This document shows, piece after piece, positions 40,971-53,157 of a DNA stretch of 64,000 nucleotides (its first letter is position 1; every line of letters starts with the position of its first letter). The notes beneath the pieces were generated by a model. That model saw only the letters and a list, made by a program, of their open reading frames with translations. It ran no database searches and was not told the origin of the DNA. The position numbers and the translations under genes are program-made. Source of the stretch: a bacterium (GTDB lineage: Bacteria; SAR324; NAC60-12); the NCBI GenBank assembly GCA_965205865.1, contig CBDBHR010000030.1:704001-768000 (forward strand), given 5' to 3'.

Positions 40971-41112
40971 GTTTTCTCACCTTCACCTGTGTGAGATCGA
41001 GTTGATCAAATTGCACTTTTTCCTTTGATGAAAATGATGTCTGGTCTTATTACTCAGAAACGACGGGTAGCGTCATATTTTGTTGGTATTCCTGAAAAAC
41101 GTTGTCCCTGTG

Positions 41113-41928
41113 ATAGGAGTCAGGAAGGCATTAGCCTCCCTGCCCTCCGAACCGTGCGTGCGGTTCTCCCGCACACGGCTCTCCAGTCGTTGGTTTCCTC
41201 ATCGGGATTGGCTCGCTACCCATCGGGCTTCTTTCATGGTGAAAAGTCCGAGTTGCGCAAAGAAGAGATCTCCTTTGACTCCGTTACCCAGAGCCGCCAA
41301 CATACGTTCGATCCATATCGTTGTTTCCACCCAACTCCAATGAGGAGAGGCTTCTGTTTCCAGGTTAGTCATCTCCGACACTTTGGAAACTCCTTTCTCT
41401 TGAGGATCAACTTGATGAACTTCTCGTATCCAACTTCCTACCCCGCTTCCCTCTTCGGGATTTTGCTTCTCCCGCCTTTCATGAAGCCTGCCTGTCAATT
41501 CAGGTTCGTGTTTGTTTTCCCTGTTAGCCATCTGCTTTCCCGATGGTGTCACAATATCCTCACCTTGTTGAAAGACACAACTCCATTACGGTACTATCAG
41601 GGTTCTGACTCCTCTACCTCTCACCAAAGGCAGAGGTCTCCCTGCTTCTCTCGCTTAACCTTCCTGATGTTCCGTCCCCAACCACGTTATGCGCCTGACC
41701 CTCGTTTTATCCACCACCGCAACGGGATCAGTGAGTTTCAGACTTCGCCACGAATGAGCAAGCTCGTCGCTAACATGCCGCCGAATCGGGTTCGTTCTCC
41801 TACGGACCACCATTTCGCCTCCGGTTGCTCCCCACCCCGCCTCATGGCGACGCAGTTACCTTCGGCTACAGCTGGTTTACCATGGCACGGACTTCCACCG
41901 CGCTGATTAAGCGCCTTCCCAGGCGCAC
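41113..41928 (-). mobile_element. Full-length group II intron ribozyme with internally deleted ORF
   Basis: 5' GTGCG; D5 gagagccgtgtgcgggagaaccgcacgcacggttcgga; D6 ending CCTAT; residual ORF joins WSWVETTIWIERMLAALGNGVKG directly to FFAQLGLFTM. Confidence 0.9.
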
Positions 41929-42016
41929 TCATCCTCGCGAAAGCGGGGATCCAGAGGGCTGGAGCTTAAAACCCTGGAACGCCAGCCCGGTGGATTCCCG
42001 CATGCTCGGGAATGAC
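41929..42016. repeat. REP-like inverted pair (GTCAT family), target of the intron
   Basis: tcatcctcgcgaaagcggggatcc ... ggattcccgcatgctcgggaatgac. Confidence 0.8.
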
Positions 42017-42209
42017 AATTTAGACAAGTTTCAAAAAACACGTTGAGCCTAGTGTTTTTCAGCTTTGGTCAGCATTACCCGTCGTTTCTGATTTATTAAG
42101 CTGTCAAGAGCGACTTGAGGTTTGAAATAAAACCTTCAGCCAAAGGCGATTTCATTGAGAACTATCAAAAAAGGAAACGAAAGACAAGCAGAAATTCTTT
42201 AACCCTCTT

Positions 42210-42487
42210 TCTCCCTGCAGATTCAGCGGACAATCCTCTCTTTTTGAGATCCTTGAAAAACTCTCTCCAGTTGGAAGCGGATTCCTTGTCTCCACCAAGC
42301 GCAGTAGGGAAAACAATTCATCAGGACTCTGAAGTTGATTGAACAATTCTTTGAACTCCGCTACACTCACTTCTAATTGCATGGGTCTTTCTCCTTATTG
42401 ATGGTTAATGTATGGCTACGCCAACCTACTGGGAAAGCCCCATGTCTTCAAGTCTTTCAAAAATTCACACAATTTATTTTACACCAC
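42210..42487 (-). mobile_element. IS256-family remnant
   Basis: Terminal ggtgtaaaataaattgtgtgaa; N-terminus MQLEVSVAEF; internal GDKESASNWREFFKDLKKRGL in another frame. Confidence 0.75.
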
Positions 42488-42491
42488 TGAA

Positions 42492-42680
42492 ATGTCGCCC
42501 ATTGTTGAAACTCGTAATTAAATAGGATTTTCACAATCAGATTTTGCAAAATTATTAGGTGTGTCTAAACGAACTTTACAAGATTGGGAGCAAGGGAGAC
42601 GGAAACCTAGTGGTCCAGCGAGATCTTTATTGATACTTGCCGAAAAGCGTCCAGAGGTGTTGCAGGAAGTTTTTTGTTAA
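42492..42680 (+). pseudogene. XRE/HigA-like HTH antitoxin, 5' truncated, with internal TAA
   Basis: TRN*IGFSQSDFAKLLGVSKRTLQDWEQGRRKPSGPARSLL. Confidence 0.8.
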
Positions 42681-42742
42681 AAAGTAACACTTTTTGCTAA
42701 CCGGTCCCAATCATGATTCCTTCAAAATGTTCAACATATTAA

Positions 42743-42900
42743 GGAATGAAATTTAAATAAGTTAGAAGTATGGATACGCAAAATTAGGGGACACGTAACA
42801 GCAGGCATAAAATAGTAGAGTTGGGATGCGCAGCGGTGTACATGTCCCCCAATTTTGCTCACACCATTGGAATAATTACAGGTTATTTAAGGTTTGTTCC
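42743..42900 (+). mobile_element. 158-bp MITE, complete copy
   Basis: Imperfect TIRs GGAATGAAATTTAAATAA / TTATTTAAGGTTTGTTCC; TAA on both flanks; internal hairpin. Confidence 0.85.
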
Positions 42901-42923
42901 TAAATTGAGCTGGAGATTGAGCG

Positions 42924-42993
42924 GCCTCACCCGGTGATCAACCGGAGCGCCTTCTGCGCCCGGTATGCGTTTCGGTCGCATAGCAGATTGGGC
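42924..42993 (+). repeat. Degenerate attC-like palindrome, homologous to 3144-3212
   Basis: gcctcac-N5-gatcaaccggagcgc...gcgtttcgg...attgggc. Confidence 0.45.
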
Positions 42994-43162
42994 GATTGAT
43001 TGGAGCTGACTCTGACGAGATAATATTAACCTCGGGGGCAACCGAGTCCAACAAACTCGCTTTATTGGGAGTAGCCAAGCGTGCCTTGCCTAACTCGTGG
43101 CGTTCGCTAACCTAGCATTGAGATGGAAACATTTTATCCTTCACCATTGCATGATAAATTGT

Positions 43163-44257
43163 ATGACTTCTGCTGATAAAATCACTGTTGGGTTGTTATG
43201 CGGTGGCCGCAGCGGAGAGCACAAAGTTTCTCTGATCTCAGCCTTGAACATTCAAAAAGCACTTGATCCCGACAAATATAACGTTGCAGTTATCGGTATC
43301 GAACGATCAGGAAATTGGTATTTGAGTTGGGACGAAACCTACATTCACCACTCCCAAGACATTCGACATGTCTCATTGAACGTGTCGAAACCGGTTGTAC
43401 TGCCGCTTCTCAATGGAGATTTGATCGAAAAAGAGACTCAAAGAAGTCTTGCAAAAATAGATGTTTATTTCCCAATCACCCATGGTCCATACGGAGAGGA
43501 TGGAACACTGCAAGGATTTTTGCGTTCTTTGCAAGTTCCTTATGTGGGAGCCGATGTGACAGGATCCGCAATCAGCATGGACAAGGATGTCAGCAAGCGT
43601 CTCTTGCGAGACAGTGGAATGCCTGTTACTCCCTTTATCACCGTCAAAGAGCCTCATGCAATCTCGTTTGAAGAAGCATCAATGCAATTGGGAACTCCCT
43701 TATTTGCCAAACCCTGCCGCCTGGGTTCTTCTTTGGGAGTTTCTAAAATTTCCAATCCTGCCGATTTTGAGCAGGCAACCAACAAAGCATTTCAGTACGA
43801 TCGAAAAATCTTGATAGAGCAAGCAGTGGAGGGAAGAGAAATCGAATGCGCTGTTTTGGGAAATACTGATCCTAAGGCCTCGGAGGTATTAGGAGAAATC
43901 GTTCCCAGGGACGAGTTTTATTCTTATCAAGCAAAATATGTTCAAGAGGACGGAGCGAAATTGTTCGTTCCTGCCCAACTGCCTGCCGATGTCACTGAAA
44001 ATGTACGCCTGGCAGCAATTGCAGTTTACACCATCTTGGAATGTGAAGGGATGGCACGGATTGACTTCTTTGTGAAGGACGATGGTTCTTTTATCATCAA
44101 TGAAGCAAACACTCTCCCTGGATTTACCAATATCAGTATGTATCCCAAATTATGGGAAGCCTCGGGGCTCTCACAAAGGCAGTTACTGGACCGCTTGATT
44201 AAATTGGCCCTTGAGCGTTTTCAAAGAGAAAAAAAGCTGCTCATTTCTGAAAAGTAG
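43163..44257 (+). CDS. ddl: D-alanine--D-alanine ligase
   Basis: GGRSGEHKVSL, HGPYGEDGTLQG, GSSLGV, NEANTLPGFT. Confidence 0.97.
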   Translation: MTSADKITVGLLCGGRSGEHKVSLISALNIQKALDPDKYNVAVIGIERSGNWYLSWDETYIHHSQDIRHVSLNVSKPVVLPLLNGDLIEKETQRSLAKIDVYFPITHGPYGEDGTLQGFLRSLQVPYVGADVTGSAISMDKDVSKRLLRDSGMPVTPFITVKEPHAISFEEASMQLGTPLFAKPCRLGSSLGVSKISNPADFEQATNKAFQYDRKILIEQAVEGREIECAVLGNTDPKASEVLGEIVPRDEFYSYQAKYVQEDGAKLFVPAQLPADVTENVRLAAIAVYTILECEGMARIDFFVKDDGSFIINEANTLPGFTNISMYPKLWEASGLSQRQLLDRLIKLALERFQREKKLLISEK

Positions 44258-44259
44258 AG

Positions 44260-44739
44260 ATGATGAGATTGTTAACTTCTCCTCATTTAAACGTGGTTTT
44301 GGTTGAACCTCAAATTCCTCCGAATACAGGCAATATTGCCCGGCTTTGCGCGGCAACGCAATGTCATCTCATTTTATTGGGAGAACTGGGCTTTGAACTT
44401 TCAGATCGATATCTCAAACGAGCAGGGCTTGATTACTGGGAATTTGTCAGTTGGGAGCATCAACTCGATGCCGAATCATTTTTTAACTCGTTCCCTGCCG
44501 AACGCTTTCACTTTCTGACAGTCCATTCCAATCGCCCTTACACTAAATGTATTCCCCAAAAAAGTGACTATTATTTTTTTGGAAAAGAAACATCCGGACT
44601 TCCCAAAAAATGGCTTTCACAATATGAGGATCGTTGCTATACCATCCCCATGTGGAATTCTCAAATACGTAGCCTGAATTTGTCCTCCGCAGCTGCCATT
44701 GTGATTTATGATGCCCTTCACCGCATCCTTCATTTCTAA
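44260..44739 (+). CDS. trmL: tRNA (cytidine34-2'-O)-methyltransferase
   Basis: EPQIPPNTGNIAR, RAGLDYW, FGKET, RSLNLS. Confidence 0.96.
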   Translation: MMRLLTSPHLNVVLVEPQIPPNTGNIARLCAATQCHLILLGELGFELSDRYLKRAGLDYWEFVSWEHQLDAESFFNSFPAERFHFLTVHSNRPYTKCIPQKSDYYFFGKETSGLPKKWLSQYEDRCYTIPMWNSQIRSLNLSSAAAIVIYDALHRILHF

Positions 44740-44759
44740 CCCGACTCTAAAATATTTTT

Positions 44760-45383
44760 ATGTTATTGAGTATCAACCCTGTAAGTCCTCAACAACGCTT
44801 GATTGACAGAGCCGTTTCCATTCTGCAGAACGATGGAGTGATTGTCTATCCGACAGATACGGTTTATGGCCTTGGATGCAGTATATTCAGCAAAAAAGCA
44901 ATGGCTCGTATTTGTCAGATAAAAAATAGAGATCCAAAAAAACCTATGAGCTTCATCTGTAGCAGCGAAAGTCAAATTCAAGAATACACTCAAGGGATCC
45001 CAACTCCTATTTTTAAAATCATACGCCGGTATCTGCCAGGCCCTTACACTTTTATTTTCAATGCATCCAAGGTAGTTCCACAAATGATGCTTACCAGACG
45101 AAAAACCCTAGGATGCCGATGGCCGGATCATTCCATTGCAATCAAACTTGTCGAAACATTGGGAAATCCTATCTTGAGCACCAGTTTACTCACTTCCGAA
45201 GAAACACTATACGACGATGCTGTCTATTTGCATGAAGAATACAAAAAACTTGTTGATTTGGTTATCGACGGCGGGACTATTTTTGCTGAATATTCAACTA
45301 TTGTCGATTTCACGATTTCTCCCCCCGCAGTGGTTCGGCAAGGAAAAGGGGAGACGAATTGGATAGAGAAAATTTTTGTATGA
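44760..45383 (+). CDS. Sua5/YciO/YrdC family threonylcarbamoyl-AMP synthase-like protein
   Basis: YPTDTVYGLGC, LPGPYTFI, STS, STIVD. Confidence 0.92.
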   Translation: MLLSINPVSPQQRLIDRAVSILQNDGVIVYPTDTVYGLGCSIFSKKAMARICQIKNRDPKKPMSFICSSESQIQEYTQGIPTPIFKIIRRYLPGPYTFIFNASKVVPQMMLTRRKTLGCRWPDHSIAIKLVETLGNPILSTSLLTSEETLYDDAVYLHEEYKKLVDLVIDGGTIFAEYSTIVDFTISPPAVVRQGKGETNWIEKIFV

Positions 45384-45703
45384 AATGAAAGCATTTTGTT
45401 GTAACCTCGTGGACAGGATTAGAACGGTATTCTGTGAAGTCACTTCATCTCTCAATATCGTCTATCGGAGAAATATAGAGACTCTAATTGTTAAACTGAC
45501 AGAAAAAAATCATAGATTTTCAAAACTTTAAAGACTGATCCCAATTTCATGAAAATCCCTCAAAGTAATCGTTAAAATTGTTAAAATTACAATTTGCTTG
45601 AAAACCAGTGACAATTATTTTTTTAAATTATTTTTTAATATCAATAACTTAAATTTAAATTTACAAATTTACAAACATTACTGATATTACGATGAAATAA
45701 TTA
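45384..45703. other. AT-rich intergenic region, candidate replication origin
   Basis: Upstream of dnaN; IHF consensus TATCAAtaacTTA at 45639; repeated TTGTTAAA / TTTACAA motifs. Confidence 0.45.
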
Positions 45704-46840
45704 ATGGAAATTCTAATTAAAAAAGAAATCTTAATCAGTGCCCTTCAGTCTATCCATTCCATAACCGATAAGAGTTCTGCCAAACCAATTCTTTCCAATT
45801 TCCTTTTAAAATCTTTGGACGATGAGCATGGCATTGACGGGGAAAGTTGCGTTGAATTCTCTTCCACTGATTATGAAATCACAATTATTGGAAAATTCCC
45901 TGCTCAGATTATCGAACATGGGAGCATTTGTATTAGTGCGCGAAGAGTGTATGACATTTGTAGAGAGTTTCCAGGAGAAGAAATCCATATAAAATCCACA
46001 GACCAACTGTGGATTCATGTCACTAGCGGAGTTTCTCAGCTCAAACTTCCTTCTATTGATGTTGGTCTTTATCCACAGGCAAATTTGGAAAATTTACCTG
46101 AAAAAGTGATCACAACAGCAGAAGACCTGAAATATTTTATTGAAGCTACTTTGTTTGCTGCGCAGACGAATGAATCTCGCAGAAACTTGATGGGCGTGTG
46201 TCTGTCAATAATTGATGAAAAGACAACACGTTGGCTTGCCACGGATGGACATCGATTGGCTCAGTTCATTGGTAGCGTACCTTCTACGGTTTCTGAAAAT
46301 GTGTTCGAGGTAATCATTCCGAGGAAAGCACTGCAGGAAGTCAGTAAAGCGGCAGATCTATTTATTGATCCCGTCGAAGTTTCTTTTGATGATCGAACGC
46401 TTCAATTTTTCAGTTCATGCTTTACGATTCAGACGCGTCTGATTGAAGGAAAATTTCCAAATTGCGATCCAATCATTCCCAAAGACAATGATTTTTCTAT
46501 CGTGGTGGATCGAGAACGATTGATGAGTTCCTTAAGGATCGTTTCTTTGATCAGCAATGAAAAACTGAAGCCTGTCAAAGTGACGATTTCTCCTGAGAAG
46601 CTTATTTTGGAAAGCGAAAAAGCGGAATATGGAGAAGTGCGGGATGAAATTGTAATCAATCATTCCGGAGAGGAATTCCAGATTGGCTTCAATGCCAGGT
46701 ATTTACTGGATGTGCTCCATGTGCTGCATGGCGAAGAAATTCTACTGGAATTCAAGAATGCCATGAGTCCTTGTCTGATCAAAGATCCTACGGATGATTC
46801 TTTCCTTTCCGTAATCATGCCTTTGCGAATTGAATGGTGA
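45704..46840 (+). CDS. dnaN: DNA polymerase III beta clamp
   Basis: PILSN, ATDGHRL, IIPRK, RLIEGKFP, IGFNARY, VIMPLR. Confidence 0.97.
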   Translation: MEILIKKEILISALQSIHSITDKSSAKPILSNFLLKSLDDEHGIDGESCVEFSSTDYEITIIGKFPAQIIEHGSICISARRVYDICREFPGEEIHIKSTDQLWIHVTSGVSQLKLPSIDVGLYPQANLENLPEKVITTAEDLKYFIEATLFAAQTNESRRNLMGVCLSIIDEKTTRWLATDGHRLAQFIGSVPSTVSENVFEVIIPRKALQEVSKAADLFIDPVEVSFDDRTLQFFSSCFTIQTRLIEGKFPNCDPIIPKDNDFSIVVDRERLMSSLRIVSLISNEKLKPVKVTISPEKLILESEKAEYGEVRDEIVINHSGEEFQIGFNARYLLDVLHVLHGEEILLEFKNAMSPCLIKDPTDDSFLSVIMPLRIEW

Positions 46841-46930
46841 ACTCCATAGAAGTAAAGAAAAGAGGGGCCTGATGCGTAACAATGTCGTTCCAAAATCAGA
46901 AGACTTCCTGATGCAACAAAGGAAAGTTTG

Positions 46931-48010
46931 ATGGTCATCCATGTCTTGGAACTGCATCATTTTCGCAATTATACCCGTCTAAAAATTGAATTTTCTCCTC
47001 GGATAAATTTTATTTGGGGGAGCAACGGACAAGGGAAGACGAATCTAGTCGAAGCGCTGTATTATCTCTGCAACTTGGATTCTTTCCGCACTCGTAAAAT
47101 TATTCCACTTTTACAGGATAGAAAAGAGTTTGCCTTGCTCAAATCTTCGATTGAGCGAAACAACGTCCTGCTTTCCGTTCAAATCAATCTTTCCAAAAAA
47201 GGGAAAAAAGTCTTATTGAACCAAAAACTTTCTCGTAAGACTTCGGAGCATATCCTTTCTTTCTTTTCTCTTGCCTTTACTCCGGAAGATGTTCCTTTGT
47301 TTCGGGCGTATCCCCATGAAAGAAGACGCTTTTTTGACCGGACTCTATCATTTGTGGATGCTTCTTATTTTTCTGATATACAGGAATTGAATCAATTGTA
47401 TGCACACAAAAATGCCCTCCTGAAAAGAAAAGAAAGCTCTCAAATTCCTCTTTGGAATGAACTCCTTTTGAAGATCAGTCAAAAAGTAACGAGACGGAGG
47501 TATGATTTCATTCAGGCGCTCAATTGCGATTTGAGCAATTATTTTAAGAAAATGACGGGAAGGCCTGAAAGATTGGTTTTGGAGTATCAACCTTCTTTTG
47601 GAGAAAAGTGTTATGACCATCCCGAGTTGATGAAAGAGATGTTGCGGAAAATCATGGAAAGGGAACTGAATTACGGGTATGCCCTGCTTGGGCCTCATCG
47701 AGACGATTATCGTTTGTTTCTGGACGATCGCGGAGATCGTGACTTTTTTTCACAAGGAGAACTACGCGTTACGAATTTGTCTTTAAAAATGTCAATAAAT
47801 CAACTATTATCAAAGAGATATGGCTTTTATCCCGTACTCATTTTCGATGACCTATTCTCAGAGCTGGATCCTCATGTGAATAAGAACGTATTGCAATTAT
47901 TCACTGAATTGAAAAACCAGATTTTCGTCACCTCTGCAGATATTTCTCCAAATTTGATAGCTCATGGAAAAACCTTTCATATTGCGAATGGCAGCCTCAG
48001 CAATTGCTGA
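46931..48010 (+). CDS. recF: DNA replication/repair protein RecF
   Basis: FRNY, GSNGQGKTN, GPHRDD, SQGE, DDLFSELD. Confidence 0.96.
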   Translation: MVIHVLELHHFRNYTRLKIEFSPRINFIWGSNGQGKTNLVEALYYLCNLDSFRTRKIIPLLQDRKEFALLKSSIERNNVLLSVQINLSKKGKKVLLNQKLSRKTSEHILSFFSLAFTPEDVPLFRAYPHERRRFFDRTLSFVDASYFSDIQELNQLYAHKNALLKRKESSQIPLWNELLLKISQKVTRRRYDFIQALNCDLSNYFKKMTGRPERLVLEYQPSFGEKCYDHPELMKEMLRKIMERELNYGYALLGPHRDDYRLFLDDRGDRDFFSQGELRVTNLSLKMSINQLLSKRYGFYPVLIFDDLFSELDPHVNKNVLQLFTELKNQIFVTSADISPNLIAHGKTFHIANGSLSNC

Positions 48011-48147
48011 AAATTGGAATTCTCTTATTTTTGCGAGCAATCAAGAATATTGGTTTTTAATGGAGTGAAAATATGCTTTTCAGACTGAATGAAAGGATCA
48101 GCAAGTTTTTGAAAAATGCTTTGGACACAATTATGTCGCTTCAATGA

Positions 48148-50550
<2,403 letters not shown>

Positions 50551-50566
50551 CCCTGATTAGGAGACC

Positions 50567-51931
50567 ATGTCTCAGTCATTACCGATTCTCGCCATTGTGG
50601 GGCGCCCCAACGTAGGAAAATCAACACTTTTCAATCGTCTGCTCAAACGTCGTGCTGCCATTGTAGAAAACACTCCAGGTGTCACCAGAGATCGAAACTA
50701 TGGAACGGCCCATTATGGAAACTATTTGTTTTTACTCATTGATACAGGAGGGTTTGAGCCTGAAACAAAAGGAATCATGGAGCAAATGCGTCTGCAATCC
50801 CAACTGGCCGTGCAAGAAGCGGATGCAATCATTTTTTTGACGGATGCGCGAGAAGGTTGGACACCGGATGATGCGGCGATCTACCGCTTTCTCAGTCAAT
50901 CCGATAAACCAGTTTATTTTGCCGTCAATAAAGCAGATAGCGCAAAACAGCAATTCGATGTTTATGATTTTTATCAATCGGGGACTGACAACCTCTTCGC
51001 CATCTCTGCCCAGCATGATTTGGGCATGGAAGCGCTTTTAGAAGCAATCCATCAAACCATTCCCCTCGTCTTTTCTGAGCAAGAGGAAAGTTTCTCATCT
51101 CAAATCAAGGTGGCGCTTGTCGGACAGCCCAATGTGGGGAAATCCTTGCTGATCAATGCGATTCTTCAGGAAAGCCGAATGGTGGTTGATGAATCTGCAG
51201 GAACCACCAGGGATCCCATTGATAGTCAATTTCGACGTGGTACTGATGAATTTTTACTGATCGATACGGCAGGGATTCGACGAAAGAGCAAAGTCAGTCA
51301 GAAAATAGAAACATTCAGCATCGTATCGGCACTGAGGGCAATCGAACGGTCTGACGTGGTACTATTGGTAGTTGATGGAACTCAGGAAATCACCACCCAA
51401 ACCGCAAGGATTGCCGGCTACGTTTGCGATCGTAAAAAAGCAGTTGTGATTGTCGTCAACAAATGGGATTTGGTGAAAAATCACCGATCTGCTCAGGAAA
51501 TACTCAAGGAGGCCGTTTATGCAAAACTGCCTTTCATCGAATATGCGCCAATTGTTTTTGTAAGTGCTAAAACAAGCCAGCGCGTCTTAAATATATTCGA
51601 TTTGGTGATCCGGATTCATCAGCAGTATATCCGCCGTATCCAAACTTCGGACTTGAACACGATTTTGGAACTAATTGTCCGCAAACATCCTCCTCCTATC
51701 AAATCCGGACGACCAACCCGGATATACTACGGTAGTCAAGTCGTAACCTCTCCTCCTACTTTTGTTTTTATGACCAATAATCCCGACAAAACCAACTCCA
51801 GTTATGAACGTTACATGGTCAATCAATTGCGTTATCATTTTGGCTTTCAAGGAACACCATTAGAAATTATTTGGAGAAAACGAACTTCCAAATTCAGCAA
51901 GCCTTATCCGGCGCAAAAAAAATTGTCGTGA
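50567..51931 (+). CDS. der: Ribosome biogenesis GTPase Der
   Basis: Two G domains (GRPNVGKS, GQPNVGKS). Confidence 0.97.
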   Translation: MSQSLPILAIVGRPNVGKSTLFNRLLKRRAAIVENTPGVTRDRNYGTAHYGNYLFLLIDTGGFEPETKGIMEQMRLQSQLAVQEADAIIFLTDAREGWTPDDAAIYRFLSQSDKPVYFAVNKADSAKQQFDVYDFYQSGTDNLFAISAQHDLGMEALLEAIHQTIPLVFSEQEESFSSQIKVALVGQPNVGKSLLINAILQESRMVVDESAGTTRDPIDSQFRRGTDEFLLIDTAGIRRKSKVSQKIETFSIVSALRAIERSDVVLLVVDGTQEITTQTARIAGYVCDRKKAVVIVVNKWDLVKNHRSAQEILKEAVYAKLPFIEYAPIVFVSAKTSQRVLNIFDLVIRIHQQYIRRIQTSDLNTILELIVRKHPPPIKSGRPTRIYYGSQVVTSPPTFVFMTNNPDKTNSSYERYMVNQLRYHFGFQGTPLEIIWRKRTSKFSKPYPAQKKLS

Positions 51932-51970
51932 ATTTTCAAAGTTTAAGGATCAGATTTCCAAAAGGAAAGA

Positions 51971-53143
51971 ATGCCTCATTATCTGTGGAAAGGGGTGAAT
52001 GTTCATGGCTACCCTGAAGAAGGCGCCATTGAAAGTCCTAATACAGGAAAAATCCTGGATGAACTTAGAAAGAAAAACATTTTCAAAGTCCACTTTCACC
52101 GTATTTTTAATCGCAGACTTCAATTACCTCTCAATCAGGACATAATAGTCCATTTTTTAACCCAATTGTATCGGTTGTTGGATTCCGGGATAGAACTGGT
52201 GGACAGCCTGAGCTTCATCATTCGTTACCAGGCCAATACCTTGTTTGGCTATATTCTCTGCGCATTGAGACAGGATATTCAAGAAGGCAAATCGTTGTCG
52301 GATGCGTTTTTGCGTTTTCAAGCCAATTTCCCCCCTATCTTTCTCCATTTGATTGCAGTGGCGGAAAAATCGGGAAATTTGAAAGGAGTGGTGGAGGAAT
52401 TGTTGATTTTTTTTGCATTTCAAAACAGATTTGCTCAAGAACGGCGTAAACTGCTGACCTATCCTCTCATTGTTTCCGGGATCGTTGTGATCTTGTTTTT
52501 GGGTATTTTATTTTTTGTCATTCCCAACTTTAAAAGTATGTTCGCCGCTTTAGGTGATGACTTACCTCTGACGACCCGGGGATTGCTCATTCTCAGTGAT
52601 TCCTTGCTTACAACACCTCAGTATTGGGTTGCAGGCGGGGCAGTGGGTATTGCCGGATTCGGCTATTATTGGCGTATTGCTGATTGGGGAAGGATCTTAT
52701 TTTTCGTTCCCGGTCTGCATGGGATTGAACAATCCATCCGTTTGCTTTTTTATGCTCGCTCCATGATGATTATGTTGAAATCGGGTATGCAATTGAGAGA
52801 GGCATTAGCAATCTCAGAATCTTTGTTTTCAAAACGCTTGCGAGAGGAAATACGGGGAGTGCATCAACAAATCGATTCCGGAAAGTCGTTGGTGGACGCT
52901 TATAGCAGTAGCTCCCTCTTTCCTCCCCTTTTTGTCCATTTGGTCGCTGTCGGAGAATCCAGCGGACATTTGGTGCCCACTTTTGATCGCATTGCAGCTC
53001 TTTATCAGGAAATGCTTGAAAAACGGATGAATTTGCTCAATTCCTTGATAGAACCAATTTTTACGGTGGTATTGGGTTTGGGAATTCTGATTATTCTGCT
53101 TTCCATTTATTTGCCGATTTTCGAAATGGCCGGTCGTTTCTGA
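51971..53143 (+). CDS. Type II secretion/type IV pilus platform protein (GspF/PilC family)
   Basis: Two T2SSF repeats; EKSGNL, TYP, GESSG, LIEP, IYLPIF. Confidence 0.92.
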   Translation: MPHYLWKGVNVHGYPEEGAIESPNTGKILDELRKKNIFKVHFHRIFNRRLQLPLNQDIIVHFLTQLYRLLDSGIELVDSLSFIIRYQANTLFGYILCALRQDIQEGKSLSDAFLRFQANFPPIFLHLIAVAEKSGNLKGVVEELLIFFAFQNRFAQERRKLLTYPLIVSGIVVILFLGILFFVIPNFKSMFAALGDDLPLTTRGLLILSDSLLTTPQYWVAGGAVGIAGFGYYWRIADWGRILFFVPGLHGIEQSIRLLFYARSMMIMLKSGMQLREALAISESLFSKRLREEIRGVHQQIDSGKSLVDAYSSSSLFPPLFVHLVAVGESSGHLVPTFDRIAALYQEMLEKRMNLLNSLIEPIFTVVLGLGILIILLSIYLPIFEMAGRF

Positions 53144-53157
53144 AGGGAAGGTTGTTG

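Noticed and set aside
41025-41906. 293-aa plus-strand ORF
   Set aside because: Antisense to the group II intron RNA; no recognisable protein motifs
38965-41928. RT fragments as a retron or DGR
   Set aside because: Both are followed by group II D5/D6 structures and lack RT catalytic domains
43045-43125. Further possible attC (gtccaac...hairpin...)
   Set aside because: L boxes do not pair convincingly and there is no GTT core
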